From NCBI GenBank assembly GCA_951406725.2, contig OX597814.1:62620001-62684000 (forward strand): 64,000 nucleotides of DNA, read 5' to 3'. The DNA comes from Octopus vulgaris (lineage: Eukaryota). Below are positions 1-13,039 of this stretch, in pieces. Every line of letters begins with the position of its first letter. The first letter of the stretch is position 1. The position numbers were made by a program, and so were the translations under genes. Under the pieces are notes generated by a model. It searched no databases. It was not told the DNA's origin and saw nothing but the letters and a program-made list of their open reading frames with translations.

Positions 1-514
1 AATTAATAGAGTGCAGGGAAAGATTGACAGCACTCCCAATACCTAGGTCCAACTTTGATTTGGCCTTGACAGCAGCCCAGTAAAAAGACGAGCTTCTGAA
101 AAGCATGTCATGAACAGTGACTATATGTTTATCGTCATCATTGTCGTCGAAGAATCTCTGCAGATATGTTAATCTTAACCTGTGGTTCTTTAACCACGTC
201 ATTCTGAGACCCACTTGTAACGTGTGTTGGCAACATGTGAATTTCCTAATCATCAGGACCTGTTATTCTATTAGAAGGGAAATAATATAAGCTCTAATCT
301 AGCTATGTGTTTCCTTTAGACAAGGTATGATGGCCAGGCGATCTTACATCACCGAAGAGACAAGGTTGTTACCTAATTCCGTCCTATGATATCCTATGAG
401 GATATCTTCCTCATAGCCAATTTTTGAGTGACTTTGACCATCCTGCTCGCTACTTCTCAGTTATTATCCACCTGAAGGTCGGGTACAAGCCAAATCCCAA
501 ACACCTAGAATTTT
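1..514 (-). mobile_element. Ancient, decayed L1/Tx1-like LINE ORF2 fragment (post-RT region), same family as 61699-64000
   Basis: Minus-strand translation across stops and frameshifts gives KILGVW..PDLQVDNN*EVASRMV..RLAIIPC..RLELILF..CCQHTLQVGLRMTWL..RLRLTYLQRFFDD. This is colinear with ELLGVWFGPDLQVEKNWNEITSRVV..RLTVVPC..KLERILF..CCQHPLKGGLGMPWL..LRLRHLRLFVDD in ORF 61699-62946. Confidence 0.85.
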
Positions 515-1879
515 AGTTAAGTGACAGATATACAGTCTCAGGTGATATTCCAATTGGAAATACCTCTTGGAATTCGAAATGGAATTCATCTGAGACAATG
601 TAACGCATTTCATCTGCCTACAAAGTTTATAACTCTTTATGGTTCCTCCATCTTTGGACGTCGCTAAATCGGTTAGTTTTATTTGAATAAAGTATTTTGT
701 AATACTAGTACTATTCGAGTTCTAGCCACTCCTTGAACAATAGCACTGACTATATAGTCAATTAATAAATAAATGTGTATACTTAGTTTCGGATAAGACT
801 GAAATTAGAATTGAAAGCTGTAATCCAATCCCCTTTTTGTGTTCTCTAAGAAATAGAAAAGGTATTTGGTTACTTTTCTCTCCGTGCAAATAATTACACA
901 ATGAAGAATAGATAAAACTTGTATTGATTATCAATATGTATATCACTAACTTACATTTCGGATTATGTAACACAAGCTATTAATTTATAATTAATTAATT
1001 GACTCTGTTGCCAATGAAAGCATTATTATACAATTCGAATTTACTAGTTTAACCTTGTCCTAATAAGCTAACAGCTATATTTCTTTCAGTACTTACATGA
1101 AGAGGATACGCGACTTCTGGCGAGATTTGAATTGAAATCGAAACAGGTTTTCTTTTTGCAGAGATAAAACAGACATTTGTTTGCATTTTTACACGTGTAT
1201 TCAATTGCAGGTAGCAACAACAGTCTTGTAGTGTTCATCATAAATTATGCTCTACATAAAATTTCAGATAAGCCAACGTACATTGCATAGGTATCATTAA
1301 TTATTTTATGTAAAAATACTGTAGTTTTTAGCCCAAAGGTGAACCACCAGAGAGAACATAAACTTGCCATCATTTTCCGTAAGATAAATGACAATCGCAT
1401 ACTAATTGTCACCATAGCAGTACCAAATGTCTATAATATACAGTTAAGAGTTGAATAGGTAAAGGACCACACTGGCCTTGTTGTTGAATTAAAAACATCA
1501 AGGTAGTTTTAATAATGTGTTTATCATTCCTTTTATAATTGGCTCAATCGCATTGATGCACCATTTTTTTAACGTCGTTGGCAGATGAGGATAAACAAAA
1601 GCATGTTCCTGAAAACTGCAATACTGTAAGTTTTGTTAACTATGAATATTTTTCTTACCCTTAAACATATTTATTAAACATAGGACCACTTCTTTTTATT
1701 ATATATTTCAACAACAATGACGTTGCCGGGTCATAGTGCTAGTGCATGTATATATGTGTACATATTACATGTACAACTATATATATACATCTACACATAA
1801 AATACAAAATACAAAGTTATATCTTGATATCGCTGGTGATAACAATACTCAAAATATATAACAGACTGGAATTGTAGGC

Positions 1880-2399
1880 CCGTCTCTTGCAATTTCGATC
1901 AATTGTATCTTGTCCTTCCTCTTGTAGAAAAGTGTGGCTACAATCCAGCCTACCTCAACTTCTGGGGGTATATTTTAAATTTTTATCCGAGACGTCATAC
2001 GTCCCAGATATAAAGGTAAAAATAAAATATTTCCACTTTGCAAGGTTCGAGTCGAGTACTCCTTTGCACGCTCCGTTGACTCGAACTTTGCTTCTATTAT
2101 GGCGAATTTACCGCCTCTGGTGAGATATCTTTCATAGTCGCACCAAGACACTTTTCGATGGTGCTTTCCTCCAGGTGTTCAAATCTTTTTTTCTTCTCTA
2201 CATTGTATACTTTGTAGACAATAGTCTTTACTTTAATTTAATTTTTTATTTCGCTTGGTGGTGTTATCCTAGATTCACCGTCTTTGTCGGTGATCAATCC
2301 CAAATAGGTTTGTATTTCTTCCATTTTAATTTTAACGAGTTCGCGCCCCCCGACGGCTGCAGCGAAATTCATTTTTGGACTTTCTTCTATCGAAGGCAT
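1880..2399 (-). mobile_element. Decayed LINE ORF1 N-terminal remnant (L1/Tx1-type)
   Basis: ATG at 2399: MPSIEESPKMNFAAAVGG...; later RYLTRGGKFAIIEAKFES..LPLYLGRMTSRIKI*NIPPEVEVGWIVA. xYAAAV and I-x-N-I/V-P-P motifs are typical of L1/Tx1 ORF1. Same strand as 1-514. Confidence 0.55.
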
Positions 2400-2797
2400 T
2401 CTAACAAAAATGCTTCCGTATAAACGGTGAAAATATTGTCAATTTCCTCAAACAGGGACACAATTCAATTTTTAAACAATAACCAAAGCTCCTTCTCCCA
2501 AAGGGGGAGGGTTACAGTTTACAATTATTTAACAAATGCAACACAACAACGTTTCCCTTACGAGGAACCAGCAAACGTGATAACAATAGTTAAACAGTAA
2601 TAATAATAACAACAAACCTTACGGTGAATCAAAAAGCAGTGCGCAGTTGAAGCTATAGTCCTTTATGTACAAGAAATAAACCAACAGCAGTACTCAATAG
2701 AAGCGGCTGTTCGAGAAAACAGGTGGTGCTATTAAGTTAGATATGGCCTGGGCCAATACTGACCAAAACCTTTCTAAGTTATTCTAAGTTATATAAG

Positions 2798-2798
<1 letters not shown>

Positions 2799-2860
<62 letters not shown>

Positions 2861-2876
2861 CATATACATATACATA

Positions 2877-2908
<32 letters not shown>

Positions 2909-2972
2909 CATATATATATGTGTGTATATATGTATATATATATATACATACACACATACATATACACATACA

Positions 2973-3064
<92 letters not shown>
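2799..3064. repeat. (TA)n/(TACA)n compound microsatellite
   Basis: Directly visible. Confidence 0.95.
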
Positions 3065-3065
<1 letters not shown>

Positions 3066-3600
3066 CAAAATAGCTTGTTATGAAATCTCAAGAAGATATA
3101 GAGTAGTAACGTATATTAAACAGTAAAGTGAGTAGCCACATCTAAGTGGTAGATGAATGTTACTACTAACGCGGCTAAGGATGAGTCAATTGGCTCGAAA
3201 CTGGGCTAGTTCCGCGATCCTGTTAGCTGCTGAAGTGTAGTAGGGGTTCGCTCCTCTTGTTAGCGGTGTGTTGTATATAAAGGGTGCAGAGCTTGCACCG
3301 AAAACCAGCTGGCAGAGAGTCCGCCTGGGTTTAAACTAGTAGTAACATTCAACTGCCCTTTGATGTGGCTACTCACTTTACTGTTTAGTATACGTTATTT
3401 CTCTATCCCTTCCTGAGATTTTATAACTAGCTATTTTGCTTGTTGCAAATCAGTGACCGATGGTCACTTTGTTTACAATATATCGCTGGCAGAAACATAT
3501 CTTAGCTATCCCTCCACTGTTGCTGCTGGAGTGTAGTAAAGGTTCGTCCTCCCTGACCGATAGCTACTTTGTTTCCAATACATCGCTGGCGGATCTAATC
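3066..3600 (+). mobile_element. Non-autonomous PLE-like element with ~100-bp inverted repeats and two hammerhead-like motifs
   Basis: 3066-3168 is an imperfect reverse complement of 3337-3438. The element abuts (TA)n, and a related copy lies at 4860-5110. Confidence 0.6.
3170..3216 (+). ncRNA. Type I hammerhead-like motif (decayed core)
   Basis: cgcgg CTAAGGA t gagtc aatt ggctc GAAA ctgggctag TT ccgcg: stems I, II and III all pair; the core has G5A. Confidence 0.6.
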
Positions 3601-4859
3601 ATTCTCATTCGCAAAAAGGGTACCCGTTAGTACTGCTCAGATTGTTTTCAATTTTGGTGTATATATGCAACTCTGAATTTTGGTTACGATCAACCAATTG
3701 CTTTCTCTCGTAAATTAAAGAACTTGATGTTATTTGGAATTAAAATTGGGTAATTTTAGCCAATCAACAGACAGTATGGCATTAGCAGCTAGTTACCATA
3801 ACAACCGCACGCTGTGTTGTTGTACACAGTTGTTTGTTGATTTTTCACACTTGATTCTTCACACCACAAGATTATTTTCACCCGCGTGTTTTGTTTTAAT
3901 TTTTCCGTGTTACTATATTACATATCTTTCTGTGCTTCTCTGTGTTAGTATTTTTCTGTCCTTTTTCTTTGTTATTATTTTTACATATTTTCATTTCATA
4001 TATTTTGGGGACTCATTGACTCAGATAGCTGGATTTATGATTTCACTAGCTTAAATCCGTTAGCTTCACATTTCAACAGCTTAACTGAAATTTAACCCAC
4101 GTAACAGGAACTGAGAGGGATATCGTATAACAGAGAAACTATGGGTGATACATTAAGTTTTTAATTCTGCTTGCTAAAGCGTATAAGATACAGGTATACT
4201 TTTCTTTGGAACACATTCTTTGTTGACCAGTGTTATTCTTATCATAGTTTACAAATCCAAGCATGAAAACGTTACACAACTTTGGAGTTTTGGAGATAGA
4301 CGCCCTCTTCACACACACACACATGAATGCATAAATGTACATATAAACTTATATATGAATACATACATCCAAATGTACTCATATATTAATGATGTACACA
4401 AATACATGACAGGTATACATAATACTAAAATACGCATAAAGTAAACATATGCAGACAAATAGATTAATGTAACAAATTAAACAAAATAATAAAATTATAC
4501 AATCAATGAAGGGACAAAAGAAACAGTAAGATGATACATGTTGATTTTATTAGGTATTCCCGTTTATTTAGAAACCTACAACGAACAGGTCAGAGGCTAA
4601 ACTATAAGTTTTACAGGGTATAACCTTAAAGTTGACACAACTCAGCTAAATGCAGAAAATTTCTGTCTCGCTATTGGCTAAAATACACTGTTTTTTCAAT
4701 TTTTGAACCTCTGTAACTTTTTCCTCCAAATTTTTTCTCCACATCATCATACCTTCAAAGCAATGAGACTGGAAGGCTACATAATTATAGCCAATTTTCA
4801 GATTTTTTTAACTTCCTTTTAGAAAATGCATATTTTGCAAATGAAATAAAAAACTAAAT

Positions 4860-5110
4860 CCTCGCTGGCAGAATCGGATCTTAGCTATCACTCAACTGCG
4901 CAGGTGCGCGTGGGTGAATATGACCCAAATAGCTCGAAATTGGACCAGTCCCGCGATCCTGTTAGCTGCCGGAGTGTAGTAGGGGTTCGTTCCCCTTGCT
5001 AAAGAGTGCAGAGCTTGCACCGAAAACCAGCTGGTGGCGAATCCCCCTGTGGTTAACCTAGTTGTAACATTCAACTGCCACTATTATGTAGCTATTCGTC
5101 TTACTGTTTG
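4860..5110 (+). mobile_element. Second copy of the double-hammerhead element
   Basis: Shares gcgatcctgttagctgc..gtgcagagcttgcaccgaaaaccagctgg with 3213-3312. Hammerhead-like motifs at 4909-4955 and 4996-5041; ends at (TA)n. Confidence 0.6.
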
Positions 5111-5163
5111 TATATATATATATATATATAGGGAGGTAGATATATATATATATATATATAGGG

Positions 5164-5254
<91 letters not shown>

Positions 5255-5477
5255 TAGTAGAGACGAAAAGCAAAATATTCAATTAGGAGTGTCACCTTAT
5301 GATTTTACAATATGAAGCCTCGAGGTTAGCCGCTTTGATGAAAGTGGTGGTGGTTTACTGTAAATATTTTAAAAACTAAAGCATTTTAAGCATTTAATAA
5401 ACCTTACTTGTAATATCCTAAAACAATGCATTTTATTTTATACTTTTAAATATATTTTTCTGAAGTGTCCCGAAGAT

Positions 5478-5680
5478 TTTAGAAGAATCTAAAATGTTTT
5501 TCATAAGTTTTATCAGATCTTGAAAACGGTCTGCAAATTTTACCAGAGTTTGAAAAGCGATCTAGATGTTTGATTAGACTAAAGAAAATGTCTTTAGGTT
5601 TCAGCAGACTCTGAAAAAGAGTCTGTAATTTTCACCAGATTCTGGAAAATGATTCATACGTTTCCCCAGATTCTGTAGAA
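5478..5680. repeat. Degenerate ~30-31 bp tandem repeat (6-7 units)
   Basis: Units such as ttttatcagatcttgaaaacggtctgcaaa / ttttaccagagtttgaaaagcgatctagatg / tttcagcagactctgaaaaagagtctgtaa. Confidence 0.7.
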
Positions 5681-6626
5681 GTTGTCGATATAAAGATGAC
5701 TGAGAACTATTTAACTGTAGAATATAATGAAAAGTTATTTTTCTTTTGCTACTGTCTTAATTCTTGAAATTATTTCCGTGTGATCTGTTACCATCTTCTA
5801 GTTGTAATTAAGTTTCCTGCTAGAAACACGTAAAATGAAGAGGCTTGTAAGAAATAAACAGTAGAGATTAACAAAATTCATTGTCCTGCAAAATTTATTG
5901 TCCTACGAATTATTTAATGTTCTTAGACGAAACACATAAAATTAAGTCCCTTGATAAAATCACGTGGAATGAAGTGTCTTGTAAGACTCGGGGAACTGTC
6001 TTACTGAAAACCAATCACTTGATATTTAATCTATTGACTGCTACGTGTTTTAATTAAGTTAGCTGGGGGAAAGGATTTGGAAGAAACAAGCGAAGACCAG
6101 TCGGTTAGCAATCTGGGCAAATGCAGGAAAAATGAAAAAAAAAAAAATCTTTACGTTTTAATTTCATACTCCAACGTGGTCAATTTACCAGTGAAATATA
6201 CGGTCAATCTAACTGATAACACCTACACATCCTCACAACTTTGTGGCCTTGTGCCAAAATTAGAAATCTCGATGAAGAAGAGTAATGCTTCAAGCTGGGT
6301 CGCTTAGATCATTTCATAGCTAATGGAAAGTCGTTTTGAAATATTCTCTCTATCTCATACATTTCCTTGTTATTTTTTCTATGTTATGCTATCATTTTCT
6401 TTCTTGTTCCACTATCTCTGCATCCTCCTCTTACTATTATACATAATTTTTTATACTTTTCAATACTTTATTTCGCGTTATCAATTCTCCTCTCTTCTAA
6501 CGTGCGTAACTGTCTCTGTCTTACCTCGCATTCAGTTTCATTTCATCTACAGTATGACTTCCTTTATCTTTCAAGCTGCCTCTTTATCTCTATCTTTCTA
6601 ACTGGTTCATACACACACATACACTC

Positions 6627-7100
<474 letters not shown>

Positions 7101-7554
7101 ATTATATTATACACACAAGGACGCGTCCCCATGCACAGCTACGCGTGAGTACACGTATATTCCGTTAGCCTTAATCTTTCTCTCAAATTTTAAGTATGGA
7201 TTCAGAATTTCTTTCTTTCTTTCTTTCCATCCAAGTCTTACTTCAGTTTCTCATTGTATTTCACTGTTTTCGCTCTTCATCAATTCTTCTCTTCTATCCA
7301 GTCGCTTCCCTTCCATTCATTCGCCACATGATGTCCATCTGTTCTCGCGATTTTCTGTAAAGATAATTGTAATTCTTCACAAAAATAGTTCTAATCAATA
7401 TGTCTCAATTGAAAGAAAAACGGAAAGAAAATTGGGAGAGCGAGAGAGAGATAGAGAGAGAGAGAGAGAAAGTGACAGTGAGCGAGAACGGGAAAGACAG
7501 AGAGAAATGGGGAGAGAGATGGATATATATATATATATAGAGAGAGAGATGGAG

Positions 7555-7585
<31 letters not shown>

Positions 7586-8038
7586 AGGAGAGAGAGGGAG
7601 AGAGAAAGTGATATAGAGCTAGAGGGAAAGAGAGAGAGAGGGAGATATGGGAAAAGAGATAGAGATGGAGAGAAAGAGTTAGAGAGAGAAAGAATTAGAT
7701 ATTAATAGTCTGAGAAAGAGGAATGTATATTAAGAATATGACGTATTATGGGAAACTGGGTAGAATTAGGTGAGATGCAGAGGGAAAAGTTGAAATGGAG
7801 GAAAAGTGAGTGAGAGGGTGAGAGAGAAAGCGGCGTGAAAGAGAAATATAGTTTGAAAGAAAAAAAAGGATAGAAAGGGAATATTTGTGATTGAAAGAGT
7901 TTCAGAAAGAAAGGGGAGAGAGAGTTTCAGGACAGTATATAGGGGAAGATGTATGTATGTATGTATGTATGTATGTATGTATGTATGTATGTATGTATGT
8001 ATGTATGTATGTATGTATGTATGTATGTGTGTGTGTGC

Positions 8039-8080
<42 letters not shown>

Positions 8081-8089
8081 TCAATCGCA

Positions 8090-8925
8090 CATGCTTAATG
8101 TATGTTTCGTTTGTTCGCCAGATTCGCTGCGGGATAGCGCATAGGAACAACTCCTGCTAACGCTGGGTGTTAAGACAGTTGAAAGTCATGATCAGAAGAG
8201 AAAACTCGCCTCGGGTCGAATTCAGGAGTGATGGATGCTGATATATTGCCATATTCGTGACTTATCAATGTTGCGTGCATGAATCGAACCGGGGACGAAT
8301 CGAATCGACAGTCTATGACTATATATAAATAGGGTAAGAACCATTTGCTGATCTGCCACAGCGATGCACATGTGAGATCAAATTCAATAAAATATTAAAA
8401 GCAGTTCTGGTGGTGTATATATAATCGAGTGCACATACTCAATGTATGTATTTTGTTTGTTTGCCGGATTCACTGCAAGATAGCGCTTGGGGACGACCCC
8501 TGTTAACGCTGGGTGTTAAAACATCTGAAAGTCATGAGTTAGAGAAACCACTTACCTCGGATCGAATTCAGGAACGATGAATATACGGTAGATAATGTTT
8601 ACCTCACTAGCGCTGCTTTTAATTTATTATTGAATTTAATCTTACATGTGCATCGCCGTGGCACATCAGCAAATGGCTCTTACACGACTTATGTATAGTC
8701 ATAGATTGGAAATTCGATTTGTCCCAGGTTCGATTTAGGTATGTGATGTTGATGAGCCACAAAAATGGCGAAACATCGGTGTCCATCAATCGTGAATTCG
8801 ATCCAAGACGAGTTGTCTCGCTTGTCTATAACATTCTGGTATTTTAACATCCAACTTTATGAGGGAGCTGTGCCACAAGCGTTATTCTGCAGCGAACTGG
8901 CGAGTAAACAAAACATACATTATGT
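8090..8925. mobile_element. PLE-like foldback element: unit A, partial direct A', inverted A
   Basis: 8090-8235 is repeated directly at 8436-8585, and 8611-8925 is a diverged reverse complement of 8090-8405. Confidence 0.75.
8744..8788 (+). ncRNA. Minimal type I hammerhead ribozyme motif (C3U variant)
   Basis: tgatg TTGATGA gcca caaaaa tggc GAAA catcggtg TC catca: 5-bp stem I, 4-bp stem II, near-palindromic stem III, GUC triplet. Confidence 0.75.
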
Positions 8926-9118
8926 GCGATCAATAATATTTATACCAATAGCGTTATTGGTTATTGAATGCACACACGCGTGCGCGCGTAGCCCTTTTGT
9001 AGCTTACTTTGTACCTTCCCGCATTATTCTGGCCTTACACAAAAAAATCTCTTTACACACACACACACGTATATATATATGTGTGTGTGTATGTATATAG
9101 ATGTGTGTGTGTAGAGAA

Positions 9119-9119
<1 letters not shown>

Positions 9120-9151
<32 letters not shown>

Positions 9152-9231
9152 GAGAGAGAGGTGCGATGGGTATAGTTAAGAGGAAAAGAGAAATTGAAAG
9201 TAAAACAACGATAAGAAGCAGAGATAGATAC

Positions 9232-9274
<43 letters not shown>

Positions 9275-9397
9275 GTGCGTGTGCGTGCGAGGGGAAGAGA
9301 GAGAGAGAGAGAGAGAGACAGAGGAAGAGGTTGGTATAGTTAAGATGAGAAAAGAAGTGACAAAAAAAGTAGAACAAAGATAAAACCAAGCAGGCGC

Positions 9398-9457
<60 letters not shown>

Positions 9458-9556
9458 AAGTAGACAGAAGGAGAAAGAAATACAGATAAAGAGAGAGTTG
9501 CATGTGTATAGGCGAGAGATAGGGGAGAAAAGCAGTAATAGAAAAATCAACAAGAG

Positions 9557-9617
<61 letters not shown>

Positions 9618-9710
9618 TAGGGAGATATAGAGGTAGGAAGGGGTTGATATAGTTAAGATGAGAAAAGAAATGACAAAGGAAGTAGAACAAAGATAAAAGC
9701 TAGCAGGCGC

Positions 9711-9782
<72 letters not shown>

Positions 9783-9881
9783 AAGTAGACAGAAGGAGAA
9801 AGAAATACAGATAAAGAGAGAGTTGCATGTGTATAGGCGAGAGATAGGGGAGAAAAGCAGTAATAGAAAAATCAACAAGAG

Positions 9882-9956
<75 letters not shown>

Positions 9957-10072
9957 TAGGGAGATATAGAGGTAGGAAGGGGTTGATATAGTTAAGATGA
10001 GAAAAGAAATGACAAAGGAAGTAGAACAAAGATAAAAGCTAGCAGGCGCGGTTGAGAGAGAGAGAGAGAGAA

Positions 10073-10124
<52 letters not shown>

Positions 10125-10150
10125 GGGGAGAGAGAGTGAGAGGGAAAGAG
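9120..10150. repeat. ~330-bp polypurine tandem repeat with embedded (GA)n (about 2.5 units)
   Basis: Blocks gttgatatagttaagatgagaaaag..caggcgcggtt(GA)n at ~9330, ~9642 and ~9982; gtggcaaagtagacag..gagttaca at 9452 and 9777. Confidence 0.9.
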
Positions 10151-10779
10151 ATCTTGTAGTTGAAATCTCAAAAGAAACAATATGAAATAACCGGAAATGA
10201 ATGGATTAATTGATCGATGGGTTACATGAATATGTTTATTTGGAATCTCTCTAGCACCGGAAGGACTAGATAATTCTTCAGAAGAATCTGATGGGCTCTA
10301 GAAATAATTCATAATCCCTATTCCCATTATTTTCTCTTTTTGCTCATTTCTTTCTCTTTATATCGCAATCCTTTCCCCCTCTCCAACTCACCCAGAGAAA
10401 AAGAATAAAAGCTTGTGTGATACATTAAAAACATATCCAGTATTATCTTTTAACAGTCGGTCGCCATGGTAGAAGAAAAAGATAAAACTTGGCCTGTTTT
10501 CTAATTTCAGTTCCTGGTGAGAAGCATTTTTATTTTTAAAGATTATCAAAGCTTTTGGGTAATTTATGGAAAGCATAATTTTCATTCGAACTTACACGCA
10601 TGTTTCTTTTGTCTTTTTCTTGATCCAGCCATTGGACTGCGACCATACTGGGGCCCAATCTCGAAGAACACATCGACCCCAATATATATAGATAGATAAA
10701 ACTTACTTGGAAATGGGTGATGTGTGGCGTTCGATCATATAATAATATAAATAATGTATATATATGCATATATGCACAC

Positions 10780-11175
10780 ATGCATGTACATGCCTACATA
10801 TATATGTTTATATACATGCATATATGGGTACAGGACGTAAAAAAACGTGAGCAAAATGACAAACGAGAACATAAAAAACCAAAAGCATGGAAAACGAACT
10901 TTTTTCGAACAAGGAAAGAAACAAATAGAGAAACGAGACAGGCAGCATAAAGAACATTTTCTTCATCAGAGTTCACCACTTCACCTCGTTACGGCTTCAC
11001 AACCCTCACCGTTTGTTTTTATTGTTTTGTTCTTACTGCTCTGAACATCCAAAATTTTATTTAATTTGATTTGCGTGAAGGATTGCTTTAACGAAGTCAC
11101 GTCTTGTCTCTACCTTCGAAATGCGGAGTAGATAAAATAGGGGACAACTGATGAAGGGAATGTTCTTTATGTTTA
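10780..11175. mobile_element. Diverged copy of the type-II-hammerhead repeat family (inverted arrangement)
   Basis: 10800-10975 is the reverse complement of the family tail (cf. 55278-55440); 11051-11174 is the structured core. Confidence 0.7.
11077..11170 (+). ncRNA. Candidate type II hammerhead, copy 1
   Basis: ..gcttt aac GAAG tcacg TC ttgtc [insert] gacaa CTGATGA ag ggaatgttcttt. Confidence 0.55.
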
Positions 11176-11419
11176 AATAGTGTCTATTTTGCCTAAATTT
11201 GAAACCAAGGTAAGTCATTTCTCAGAAAAAAATGTGGATAAACAATCGATGTATTGACTGACGTCAACAAAACGCAAATCAATGAAGTTTTTTCAATACT
11301 CATCAATTTGACAGATGGCGTTAGTAAAAAGCTGGCTACTAAGGTTGTCAAACGTACATCAAATCAACTGATGATGTGGGCGTTGAACTGATCAATCAAA
11401 GTTGTTGGCTGCAAATTAG

Positions 11420-12110
11420 TAGAACCTTATATATTTTCCTTTACACAGACAGAGAATAGAAGCGGACGAAATGAAACGTTCACATCGATGGATATTTGAG
11501 TGTCAGCGGTTTGTTTTAACAAATAGTCTGGCCAACAATGAGATTCTACAATACGAACTATATTTGCTAAACTCCTAACTTACAACTAAGGCAGATGACA
11601 TCCGAAGTGTACACTTTCTCCTCTCTATCCACCACATTTTCTATTATGTCTACAGTTGCACAACATGACCATTTAGTTAGATGAAATTGATTACAATATT
11701 TTATCAAGCATTACAGAACCAGTCAACATCTACATGATCATATGGAAAGAACTTTACTTCTTTCTTCCTGCAGTTCTCTATCAGACTGACGTGTTCGATG
11801 TTGTCGTTTTAACAATGAACATATTATGAATTAAAATCTCGACTTTTCAGTCATCCATTTTTATCCATTTTATTGTTGAACTTTTTACTCACCCATCTAA
11901 GAAATGAAGCAAACAGCTTTATTTCCGACATGCGACACCTGGTTAAGAAAAATATGCACCCTACAACATACACTGCGTTGTAACTGGTGACCCGCTACCA
12001 ACATATGTGGAATGTCGACTTCTATTCGACTTGGCGTTGTCCGTCCATTATTCATCTGTAAATGTAATTCTACTGGTTATCAACTACCTCTTCATCTGGA
12101 ATTGTTAAGC
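11420..12110 (+). mobile_element. Possible highly decayed Gypsy-type LTR retrotransposon pol fragment (protease to RT start)
   Basis: Scattered motifs across frames: ..ANN.., IHCVVTGDPLPTYVECRL (cf. HHIxTxGPPxxxRxRRL), LGVVRP..PLHL. Weak. Confidence 0.35.
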
Positions 12111-13039
12111 AACATTCCATTGTCAATTTCAATGCATAAGCTTGCGCCAAAATGTGAATAAATCTATAAAATCAGTATGACTCTTGTCATTGGCTATAAC
12201 TGGACAACCAACACGGTTTAGCTATTTCTCAGCAACTTCTCAGACCATCAAGTAGTATGTAAGGAAGCTACTTTTGGAAACTAATTAGAAAGAGGTGGTG
12301 CTAGCTCAGCTTGTGGTTGATCCCCCAGACTGGCGTATATTAATACGTATACACACACACACTATCTTTTACACTGTCAGTTCGTCTGCCTTGGTCAGTG
12401 AGCCTCGACTACATTAATACACATATTCATACACTTGCTTTCTCTTTCAATCGTTTCATCTGTTTTCAAAAACATTAAAGAAATGATAAATACACACTGA
12501 CATTATGAAAGCAAAACATGACAAACACACTTCTTGTTCGAGAACTTTCCCGTCTTTATCAATATGTGAGAAATATTTGTTCTAAAACTCAGTCATTTAA
12601 CTTTATGAACTGAATTTAGCTATTGTTCTCAATATAAAGATGATTTTTATGATAAGAGCATTTCTTCCTTTTCTTGTTGCTCTTTATCGGGTATCTCATC
12701 TGATATAAATTTACTTTGCTATGAATAAAAAGGAAAAGTATTGATCCAACAGCTCGATTCCTTTCGTCTTACTACATATAATGTTGTTAAACATGTATCA
12801 GTGCTTTTGTTTTCACTGTTACACAATTTCGATTAAGTCATGTATTGTTTCAATCGAGATAGTATTATCATAGAACTCAGTTACTTAGTGTACAGTTTAG
12901 TACATAGATAGATAGATAGATACATACATACATACACACTCACACACTCACTCACACATACATACACGTATACATACATATATACCTACATGCATACAGA
13001 CATACATTCACATACATATATATATATGTATATATATTA

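Noticed and set aside
3791-3804. RFX X-box-like gttaccataacaac
   Set aside because: Isolated motif in probable repeat DNA with no gene context.
5478-5680. CRISPR-like periodicity
   Set aside because: No repeat/unique-spacer alternation, no cas genes, eukaryotic context.
8150-8195. Twister-like motif around ctaacgctgggtgttaa
   Set aside because: The required pseudoknot pairings were not found.
11143-11175. SECIS or C/D-box reading of TGATGA
   Set aside because: No partner GA quartet or CUGA D box at suitable spacing.
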